Of a DNA stretch of 64,000 nt, positions 18,640-27,800 are shown in pieces. The first letter of the stretch is position 1. Every line of letters begins with the position of its first letter. Source of the DNA: Alphaproteobacteria bacterium (GTDB lineage: Bacteria; Pseudomonadota; Alphaproteobacteria; Bin95). The position numbers were made by a program, and so were the translations under genes. A model generated the notes under the pieces. The model worked only from the letters and a program-made list of their open reading frames with translations. It did no database searches and was not told the DNA's origin. The stretch spans positions 1,184,001-1,248,000 of the forward strand of contig OZ219786.1 in assembly GCA_964291285.2 (NCBI GenBank), written 5' to 3'.

Positions 18640-20335
18640 CCTAAATCCGGCATTTGAGGATGGCGTGGCCTTGGCGAATCCCTTGTAGTCTGCGGGTATG
18701 AGCGGCTTTTCAGGGGCCGAAGAGGCTCACCCTGTGGGTGACTGTCCTGGCGCTGTGCGGGATGTCGCCCGAGCGTTCGTGAAGGTGGACACCTTCGGCG
18801 GCGCGGTTCATGTGGAATGGGACCCTGATGCGGCGGTGACGCCGCTGGGCCATCTGGCGTTTTTCGCGGAGTATCTGAAGGTGAGCGGTCGCTTTGACGC
18901 TTTGGTTGCGGACTGCCCGCTGCGGTACACGAGCCCGAACGCGCCGTCGAAGCGGGATGTCCTGGGGACGGTTCTTCTGTCGGTTCTGGCGGGGCAGTCT
19001 CGCTATGCGCACATCACGTCGCTGCGCGGCGACGGGGTGAACCCTGCGCTGTTGGGAATGGACAAGGTTGCGAGCGAGGATTCGGTGCGGCGCGGTCTGG
19101 AGCGGATCGGTGCGGAGGCCGGCACATCGTGGCTTCAGGGCCATCTGGACGAGGTGGTCCGTCCGCTGCTGAGGGAGCCGTGGGTTCTGGACTGCGACAC
19201 GACGATCAAGGCGCTTTACGGTCGTCAGGAGGGGGCGGTTGTGAGCTACAACCCGAAGAAGCCGGGCCGCCCCTCGCATGCCTGCCATGCGTTCCTGATG
19301 GCGGGCACGCGGCTTGTTCTTGATGTCGAGGTGGCGCCGGGCAACCATCACCATTCGAGGCGCGCGGCGCCGTCCTTGTGGGCGTTGCTCGACCGTCTCG
19401 GTCGGGATCGCTGGCCGCGTCTGGTGCGGGGCGACAAGGACTGGGGCAGCGAGGCCAACATGGCGTCGTGCGAGGCTGCGGGTCTGGGCTATCTGTTCAA
19501 GCTGCGCCTGACGAAGGGGGCGCGCCGGCTTGCCGAGCGTCTGATGGCGCGGGACGGCTGGGAGGATGCGGGCCAGGGCTGGTCGGGGATCGGGGCCGAT
19601 CTGCGTCTGCAGGGCTGGAGCCGGACGCGCCGGGTTGTGGTGCTGCGCCGGCGGCTTCCTGCGACGCTGACGCTGACGCGTGGCGACAAGGCCCAGGGCG
19701 AGCTGTTCTGGACCGAGGCGCAGCCCGGCACCGGGGTGTGGGAGTTCGCGGTGCTGGCGACCTCGCTGGACCTGGAGATACGCTCGCTGGCCCAGCTCTA
19801 CCGCGACCGGGCGGACGCGGAGAACGGCTTCGACGAGTTGAAGAACCAGTGGGGCTGGGGCGGCTTCACCACGCGCGACCTGACGCGCTGCCGGCACATG
19901 GCCCGGCTGGTCGCGCTCATCTACAACTGGTGGAGCCTGTTCGTGCGCCTCGCCGACCCCGACCATCACCGCGAGGCGGTCACCAGCCGGCCGCTGCTCC
20001 TGCACGGGGTTGCCCGCCAGACCCACCACGCCGGCCAGACCCGGCTGACGGTGACCTCCCATCACGGGCGTCGCAAGACGGTGATGGCGGCGCTGCGCCG
20101 GATCGCCGGCTTCTTCCGGTCGCTGACGCAAACTGCGGAGCAGTTGAGCGCCGGGGATCGCTGGCGCCGCATCCTCGCCGAGGCGCTCAGGAAATACCTC
20201 CATGGCCGCGAACCGGGGCGTCAACCCTGGCTGCCGCCACCCAGGGCCGCGACCGCGTGCTGAAATCCACGCCCAAATCCGACCGTTCACACCGCCCCGA
20301 GACACCGATCAAGCCCGTCAAATGCCGGATTTAGG
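18640..20335 (+). mobile_element. IS1380-like element
   Basis: Perfect 18-bp IR CCTAAATCCGGCATTTGA; 5-bp target duplication GTTAG (18635-18639, 20336-20340). Confidence 0.88.
18698..20263 (+). CDS. IS1380-like DDE transposase
   Basis: LDCDTTIKALYGRQEG, VRGDKDWG, YRDRADAENGFDELKNQWG. Confidence 0.88.
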   Translation: MSGFSGAEEAHPVGDCPGAVRDVARAFVKVDTFGGAVHVEWDPDAAVTPLGHLAFFAEYLKVSGRFDALVADCPLRYTSPNAPSKRDVLGTVLLSVLAGQSRYAHITSLRGDGVNPALLGMDKVASEDSVRRGLERIGAEAGTSWLQGHLDEVVRPLLREPWVLDCDTTIKALYGRQEGAVVSYNPKKPGRPSHACHAFLMAGTRLVLDVEVAPGNHHHSRRAAPSLWALLDRLGRDRWPRLVRGDKDWGSEANMASCEAAGLGYLFKLRLTKGARRLAERLMARDGWEDAGQGWSGIGADLRLQGWSRTRRVVVLRRRLPATLTLTRGDKAQGELFWTEAQPGTGVWEFAVLATSLDLEIRSLAQLYRDRADAENGFDELKNQWGWGGFTTRDLTRCRHMARLVALIYNWWSLFVRLADPDHHREAVTSRPLLLHGVARQTHHAGQTRLTVTSHHGRRKTVMAALRRIAGFFRSLTQTAEQLSAGDRWRRILAEALRKYLHGREPGRQPWLPPPRAATAC

Positions 20336-21794
20336 GTTAGCCTTTTCGTGGTGGTCTGTGGAGGGCCTTGCGGACCTTGAGCGTCTGCGTGTGGTGCTCG
20401 ACACGCTTCCCGACGAGGAGGTTGTGGCGGCGCTTGAGGCGGGTCGCGGTCGCGGGCGGAACGACTATCCGGTACGGGCGATGTGGCGTGCGTTGATCGC
20501 GGGGATCGTGTTCCAGCATGCCTCGATGCAGTCGCTGCTGCGTGAGTTGGGCCGCAACCCGGCATTGCTTGAGATTTGCGGTTTCGAGGCGCTGCCCTTG
20601 CAGGGTGCGCCGGTGGTGGCGCTTTGCGCGGGGCGGGTGGTGAGGTATCCGGCGCCGTTGCGCTCGACGGTGCCGGGCGCCTGGAACTTCTCGCGCTTTC
20701 TGGGGCGCGTGGTGCGCCTTGAGGACGAGCGCGGCCTTGTGTCGGGGATGATCGGGCGCCTGCGCGCGTCGTTGTTCGAGGAACTGCCTGACTTCGGGCG
20801 CCATCTCGGGTATGACGGCAAGGCGGTGGCGAGCCACTCGACGGGCCGGATTGCCGGTGACAGGGGGAAGACCTCGGACCCCGATGCGGACTGGGGCAAG
20901 CACGAGACGGGCGGGGTGAACGCGAAGACCGGCGCGGTGTGGAAGAAGGTGAAGTCGTGGTTCGGCTACGGGCTTCACCTGATCGCCGACACGGACTACG
21001 AGGTTCCTGTGGCCTTCGAGGTGACGCGGGCGTCGGCGTCCGAGCCCGGGGCGCTGTCCGGGATGGTGGAGGAGTTGTTCGCCGAGGCGCCGGAGATGGC
21101 CGGGCGCTGCGCCACCTTCAGCGCCGACCGCGGTCTCGACAACGCCCGCCTGAAGGCGCGGCTGTGGGACAGGTGGCATATCCGCCCGCTGATCGACACG
21201 CGCCTGATGTGGCGGGTCGAGAAGAAGGAGCCGGGCCATGACCCGGCCCGGCCGATCACGCGACCGCTGTTCCCCGGGCGCGCCGACGTCATCGTTCATG
21301 ACGAACGCGGCCGGGTGTCCTGCGTGTGCCCGCAGACCGGCGAGGTCCGCGCCATGGCCTTCCAGGGGTTCGAGGCCGGGCGCGGCGTCTGCGGCACGCT
21401 CAAATACCGCTGCCCCGCAGCCGCCTTCGGCTTCGAGTGCAAGGGACGCCGGGCCTGCCATCGGGCGGGTGGGGTGAAGTCCGGCGAATACGGCCGCATC
21501 CTGCGCGTCGACCTCGACAGCCATGACCGGCGTATCTTCACGCCCACGCCCTGGGGCAGCCCGTCGTGGCGGCGCGGATACAACCGGCGCACCGCCATGG
21601 AGCGGATCAACGCCCGCCTCGACCGCAGCTTCAACTTCGAGACCCATTACATCCGCGGCCGCGCGAAGATGAAGACACGCCTCGGCATGGCGCTCGCGGT
21701 CATGATGGCCATGGCGCTTGCCCAGGCCCGCGCCGGACGCGTCGCACGCATGCGCTCCCTGGTCGGCCCGGCGCCATACCTCGATACCGGCTGA
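20322..21794 (+). CDS. DDE transposase (IS1182/IS5-like), original first codons displaced to 18615-18639
   Basis: GRGRNDYPVRAMW, YDGKAV, DPDADWG, FGYGLHL, ADRGLD, YNRRTAMERINARL. Confidence 0.82.
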   Translation: MPDLGLAFSWWSVEGLADLERLRVVLDTLPDEEVVAALEAGRGRGRNDYPVRAMWRALIAGIVFQHASMQSLLRELGRNPALLEICGFEALPLQGAPVVALCAGRVVRYPAPLRSTVPGAWNFSRFLGRVVRLEDERGLVSGMIGRLRASLFEELPDFGRHLGYDGKAVASHSTGRIAGDRGKTSDPDADWGKHETGGVNAKTGAVWKKVKSWFGYGLHLIADTDYEVPVAFEVTRASASEPGALSGMVEELFAEAPEMAGRCATFSADRGLDNARLKARLWDRWHIRPLIDTRLMWRVEKKEPGHDPARPITRPLFPGRADVIVHDERGRVSCVCPQTGEVRAMAFQGFEAGRGVCGTLKYRCPAAAFGFECKGRRACHRAGGVKSGEYGRILRVDLDSHDRRIFTPTPWGSPSWRRGYNRRTAMERINARLDRSFNFETHYIRGRAKMKTRLGMALAVMMAMALAQARAGRVARMRSLVGPAPYLDTG

Positions 21795-22193
21795 CCCCTC
21801 AGCCGACTGCCGACAACGCTGACCCAACCCGCCGGACCCCGGCATACGGACACCCGCGACCGAAGGCCGGCGATGCTGCCGGGCTGGGCCGCTCAAGTTC
21901 GAAAATCAACCGCGGCGACCGCCTCGAACGCCGGAACAAACAACATCAACACCCGGACCCAACGTCCCATCCGACCGGAAAAACACCACAGCGCAAATTT
22001 CTCAATCGAGGCTCAAGGACTACCATGAACCGAATCCGTGCTACAGTGTCAAATCTCCTCGAAAACCTATTCGTCGGCTCGACCCCGACAGCAAGCCGGA
22101 ACCAGGGGGTGAGCAGTTACCCCGGATTGAGGAAGCATGCAGCCTGCACATGGAAGCCGCACGAAACCGCAGCCACCCGACGGGGGTGCCCAG

Positions 22194-22463
22194 ATGCGAA
22201 AAGCTGTCATCATGGCGGTGGCTCTTGCCAGCTTACTTGCCGCCTGCCAGGAAGAGGACGAATGGACCGGCCATGTCTATCCTGATCGCCATAACTTGAT
22301 GGTCGACCGCCGATTGCCGGGAGCGTACACCAGCTTGGAAGGCTGTCGTGACGCGGCCCTTCACATGATCAAGATAAATGATTGGACGAAAGCTGACTAT
22401 GAGTGTGGCCTCAATTGTCGGCCATCAGGGAGCCTCAACATTTGTGAGGAAACGCGGCAATGA
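22194..22463 (+). CDS. Small putative lipoprotein
   Basis: MRKAVIMAVALASLLAAC lipobox followed by four further Cys. Confidence 0.7.
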   Translation: MRKAVIMAVALASLLAACQEEDEWTGHVYPDRHNLMVDRRLPGAYTSLEGCRDAALHMIKINDWTKADYECGLNCRPSGSLNICEETRQ

Positions 22464-22649
22464 CTCCCCCTCACCCGGTTCAATGCCCTCCTGACGGCGA
22501 TGGTGATCATGGGCTTGCTAACAGATCGTCGAAGATTCGCTCAGGATTCCTCCGCCGGCTGTAACTGCTCATCCCCTTTGGGGGGCTGATGGGTCGTCGT
22601 GCAACGCGATCCTGTCCGCGGCCTTTCCGGCGAGCGCGATCTGGATGGA

Positions 22650-23416
22650 TTAGGCCGTGGACTCATAAGCGCGTAGCCAGAGCCTTACAGTAGCGATCTT
22701 GATCATGGCGAGGAAGTTGGCCGCGAGCTTTTCGTATCGGGTGGCGATGCGGCGGAACTGCTTGAGTTTGTTGAAGGCGCGTTCGATCCGGTTTCGCAAT
22801 TTATACAAGGGTTTGGAGAAAGCGTGCCTGGTCTTCGCGCCTTCGCGGTCGGGGATGATCGGGACGGCATCGTGTTGCTCGATCAGGTCACGGATCCATT
22901 TGGCGTCATAGGCCTTGTCGGCGATGAGGAAACTGTCGGGCGGCAGGGTCACCAGCATGGCACCGGCGGCCGTGGTGTCGTGCGCCTGGCCGGGGCTGAG
23001 GTCATAGCGGACCGGCAGGCCGCTCACGTCCGACACGGCGTGGATCTTCGTGGTCAGTCCGCCACGGGAACGGCCCATGCAACGATCCGGACCCCCTTTT
23101 TTGATCCCGCCGCATGCTGGTGAACCCGGACGCTCGAACTGTCGATCATCTGCACATTGCCGTCGTGAGCCTCCACCACCGCATCCATCAACTGATCCCG
23201 GATGCCCTTCTTGCGCCAGCGGTTGAACCGGTTGTAGCAGGTCGTATAAGGCCCGTAGTGCTCCGGCAGGTCTCGCCACGGCGCCCCCGCGCGAAGCACC
23301 CACAGAATGCCGTTCAACACCCGCCGGTCGTCAACCCGCGGCACCCCACGGGTCTTGTTCGGCAGCAACGGCTTGATCACCCGCCATTCGAAGTCCGTCA
23401 GATCGTACCGGCCCAT
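22650..23416 (-). CDS. IS5-family transposase, two frames joined by probable -1 frameshift
   Basis: orfA RYDLTDFEW...IDSSSVRVHQHAAG; AAAAAAGGGGG slippery run near 23092-23102; orfB GRSRGGLTTKIH, ADKAYD, RNRIERAFNKLKQFRRIATRYEK. Confidence 0.9.
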
Positions 23417-23489
23417 GTCCTCGCTCCCGGAAGTTGGGAGCTTGAATCACAGCTTCGCTGAAGAAGAAACCCCTTATGGGTACACGACC
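22653..23489 (-). mobile_element. IS5-family (IS427-like) element
   Basis: IR GGCCGTGGACTCATAAG / CTTATGGGTACACGACC flanked by TA. Confidence 0.85.
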
Positions 23490-24350
23490 TAGTCACCTGG
23501 CACTGAAGTAGAGTTCATTGTAGGATGGTCTTTCGGGTCGGACAAAGGAGGTCATCTCGATGGGGCGCGGTACGGGACAGCCGCTGGCGGCCTTGGTCTT
23601 GAGCGATGAGGAACGGTCGTTTCTGGAAGCGCAGGTTCGGCGTCACCGTGTGGCGCGCTCGCTGTCGGATCGCTGCCGCATGATCCTGCGTTGCGCTGAC
23701 GGGCTGGGCAACAAGGCGGTAGCCGCAGAACTCGGCATGCACGAGCACACCGTCGGCAAGTGGCGCAGGCGTTTCGTCAAGAACCGCATCGAGGGGCTTT
23801 CGGACGAGCCCCGTCCGGGGCGCCCGCGGAGCATCGCGGACGAGAAAGTGGCGGAAGTGATCGAGCGCACGCTCACCTCGACGCCTGCGGACGCGACCCA
23901 CTGGTCGCTGCGCTCGATGGCGAAGGAGGCGGGGCTGTCACACACGTCGATCTGGCGCCTCTGGGGCGCGTTCGGCCTGCAGCCGCACCGGGCTGAGACG
24001 TTCAAGCTGTCGGCCGATCCGCACTTCGTGGACAAGGTCCGCGACATTGTCGGCCTCTACCTCTCGCCGCCGGACCGCGCGCTGGTGCTCTGCGTCGACG
24101 AAAAGAGCCGGATCCAGGCCCTCGACCGCACCCAGCCGGTCCTGCCGATGCTGCCCGGCATCCCTGAGCGGCGCACCCACGATTACAAGCGCAACGGCAC
24201 GACCTCGCTGTTCGCGGCGCTCGACATCGCCACCGGTGCGGTGATCGCCAAGTGCTATCGCCGCCACCGGGCCAGGGAGTTCCTCGACTTCCTTTGTCCG
24301 ACCCGAAAGACCATCCTACAATGAACTCTACTTCAGTGCCAGGTGACTAG
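23489..24350 (+). mobile_element. IS630 derivative with duplicated inverted left end and truncated transposase (23560-24324)
   Basis: 61-bp perfect inverted repeat 23489-23549 / 24290-24350; ORF has [28 protein letters not shown] and ends after REFLDFL. Confidence 0.88.
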
Positions 24351-24469
24351 TATCGATTCCCCGCCTTCCACCATATCCTCTATGCTGCCTGGGAGAATTG
24401 CTCCCGGTAGCGCTTGCCGTTGTGGCAAAGCCCGCCAGGCTTGACGCGTTGGGGGAAGGGGAATTGACG

Positions 24470-24700
24470 ATGGGCGAAGCAACGCTGGCGGGCTTCGATC
24501 CGGTCTGGCCGGTTCTGGCCGTATCGGTGACGATACTGATCGCAATCGTCATCGGCCTTGTGAGGTTCGACCGCCTGGCTTCACGGCAGCCGGTGCAGGC
24601 AGACAGCCCGGCGGTCCCGACCGAATTCGGCAGCAAGCTTTCGGCGACGACCCCGGCAAAGACCTCCCCTGCAACCAGGCGCGGACCACCGCCCCGGTGA
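24470..24700 (+). CDS. Small single-TM hypothetical protein
   Basis: Purine-rich RBS; VWPVLAVSVTILIAIVIGLV hydrophobic stretch. Confidence 0.45.
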   Translation: MGEATLAGFDPVWPVLAVSVTILIAIVIGLVRFDRLASRQPVQADSPAVPTEFGSKLSATTPAKTSPATRRGPPPR

Positions 24701-24869
24701 CCGCTGCGACGCTCCGGCGGCATCACCCGCGCGCGGCCCGCGCCGCCGGCCTTTCCGCCCCCGGCCCATCGCCTGTTCCATCAAGGCCCGGCAACAAGCC
24801 CCCGTTCGCGCCGGCGCGCCTGTTCACGCCGCCTGTGGGTCCCTGTCCCCGTCCGTATAGAATGGTGTC

Positions 24870-27800
24870 ATGGTCGCGACGGTGACGGACATCGGGTCGG
24901 CAAGCTCGACGGTCCACTATTTCGAGCAGGACGGCTACTACGCGAAGGGGGACCCGGAGCACCGCCGGGCGAGCTTCTGGCACGGCGAGGCGGCGCGGGC
25001 GCTGGGCCTGGGCCGGCATGTCTCGCCGAAGAAGTTCCATGCGATCCTCCAGGGCTGCGTGCCGGGCACGGATATCCGGCTGGGCCGCCTGCGCGACGGC
25101 GAGCACCAGCACCGTCCGGGGGTGGACATCACGCTTTCGGCGCCGAAGTCGGTATCGCTGGCGGCGCTGCTGCACGGCGACAGGCGGGTGGTCCGCGCGC
25201 ATGACGAGGCGGTGCGCGCGGCGCTGGACCGGGTGGAGGCGGAGCTTCTGCAGACGCGGGGCTGGGACCCGGAGACCCGCAGGCGCCCGCGTGTGAAGGC
25301 GCACGGCATGGCGGCGGCGACCTTCCGGCACCTTGCGAGCCGCAATCTGGACCCGCAGCTGCACACGCACTGCGTGGTGGCGAACATGACCCGGAACGGT
25401 GCCGGGGAGTGGCGGAGCATCGAGGCGACGGCGATCCGCCGCCACAAGAAGCTGATCGGGGCGCATTACCGCAACGAGCTGGCGCGGCGGCTGGAGGCGC
25501 TCGGCTACGGGATCGTGCCGGTGATGATCGGGCCGGTGCCGGGCTTCGAGCTGGAGGGCTACGACCGGGAGGTGCGCGAGGCGTTCTCGACCCGGCGGCG
25601 GGACATCCTGGAGGACATCAGGCGGCGGGGCGGGGCCTACAGCGCGGCGCGGGCGCAGCAGGCGGCGCTCTACACGCGCCGTCGCAAGGCAGAGCCTGCC
25701 ATGGACGAGCTGCGGCGGATATGGCGGCGCCGCGCCAGGGAGGCGGGCCTGCCGTCCCGCGAGGCGGCGGCGCGGACGAGGCGCGGGCGGCGCGCGGAGA
25801 GGCAGGCGGAGGCGCGCCCCGTCCTGCCGGTCCATGAAGCGGTCTGGCGGGCGGTGGCGCATCTTGAGGAGCGGTCTTCGGTGTTCGCGGCCGGCGACAT
25901 CGCGGCGCATGCGCTCGGCCAGGCGCCGGGGCGGTATTCGCTGCGCGAGGCCGAGGCGGCGGTGGAGGAACTGCGGCGCGACGGGCATCTCGTTGCGGCG
26001 GCGTTGCGCGGCGCTGACCGGGCGTTCGTCACCGAGCGGGCGCTCCGGGCGGAGCGCGGCAATATCGCCTGGATGAGAGAGGGCGCCGGGGCGGGGGCGC
26101 CGGCGGCGGACGGGGCGGCGGTGGAGAGGGAGCTTGCCGCCGGTCCGCTGACGGAGGGCCAGCGCGAGGCGGTGCGCACGATCCTGCTCGCGCGGGACCG
26201 GGTGGTGGGCGTGCAGGGCCATGCGGGCACGGGCAAGACGGCCATGCTGCGCGAGACGGCGCGGCTTGCCGGAGAGCGCAAGGTGGTGGGGCTGGCGCCG
26301 TCGATGGCGGCGGTGCGGGCGCTGGAGCGGGAGGCGGGCATTCCGGCGCGGACGCTGCAATGGTTCCTCGCGCGCCACCGGGACATCGGCGACCGGATCG
26401 CAAGTCCGGAGCGGCTGGCGGAGGCGCGGCTCGCGTTCGGCGGCGCGGTGCTGGCGGTGGACGAGGCTTCGATGGTGAGTTCGGCGCAGATGCGCCAGCT
26501 GATGCGGATATCGGAGCGGATCGGCATCGCGCGCCTGGCGCTGGTCGGCGACACCGGGCAGCTGCGTTCGGTGGAGGCCGGGCAGCCGTTCCGGCAGTTG
26601 CAGCGGGCGGGCATGGCGACGGCGCGCATGGACGAGGTGCTGCGCCAGCGCGACCCCGACCTGCGCGAGGCGGTAACGGCCATCCGGGAGGGCGAGCCGG
26701 CCGAGGCCGTGGAGCAGCTCGGCGGCAATGTCCACGAGGCTGAGTCGGACGAGCTCGGCGAGGCGGCGGCCCGGCTCTGGCTCTCGCTGCACCCGGAGGC
26801 GCGCGCCCGCACGGCCATCCTGGCGCCGACGCATGCGCTTCGGGAGGACATCAACGAGGCGGTGCGCGAGGGGCTGCGCGACGAAGGCCTGCTGCACGGG
26901 CGGGTGCTGGAGATCGAGCGGCTGGTCGGCCTCGGGCTGACGCGCGCACAGAAGGCGGATGTCGCCAACTACCGCCCCGGCGACGTGCTGGTGTTCCACA
27001 ACGACCTCTACCGGTTCCGGGTGAAGGCGGACGACGCCTGCACGGTGACGGGAGCGCAGGACGGCCGGGTGCTGCTGCACCATCCCGACGGGCGCCCGCG
27101 CCGGATCGATCCGTCGAAGCCGGTCCGCTACCGCTACGAGGCTTACGAGACCAGGCCGATCCGCCTCCAGGCCGGTGACCGCATCCGCTGGACGCGCAAC
27201 GACCGGAAGCGCGGCCTCGTCAATGGCAGCGAGGCGGAGGTGCTCGCCATCGGCTCCCGGCTGGTAAAGATCGGCACCGGGGACGGCCGCACCCTGTCCA
27301 TGCGCAGGGAGGACCCGCAGCTGCGCCATGTGGACCATGCCTGGAGCGCGACCCTGCATGCGGCGCAGGGCACGACCCGCGACAATGCGATCGTGGTGCT
27401 GGACTCCGGCCATGGCCTGCCCGTGGACCGGGCGGCATTCCATGTCGGGATCAGCCGGGCGCGGGACAATGCGGTGGTGCTGACCGACAACCGCGAGGAC
27501 CTTGTCGAGGCGTTGGAGGCGCATGCGGGCACGGCCATGACGGCGCTGGAGGCGGTGGGCGAGGAGATCGCCCCGCCGGCGCCCCTGCCGATCCCGGCGC
27601 GCGAGGCGCTGTGGCCGGACCTCTCGGCCTGGCGCGCGCTGGAGGAAGAGGCGCGCCGGCAGGGCACCATCCCGTTCTACGTGGAGGGATGTGCGGACGC
27701 GGTCGAACGGCTCGCGGAACTGGGCCGGACCCCCGGCGTGGCGGCGGGCGTCGCGGCCGAGGCGGAACGGGTTGCCGGGGCGCATGCGGCGGCGGGCGAG

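Noticed and set aside
24790-24869. oriT/nic site directly upstream of the relaxase
   Set aside because: No convincing match to MobF nic sequences that I can recognise by eye.
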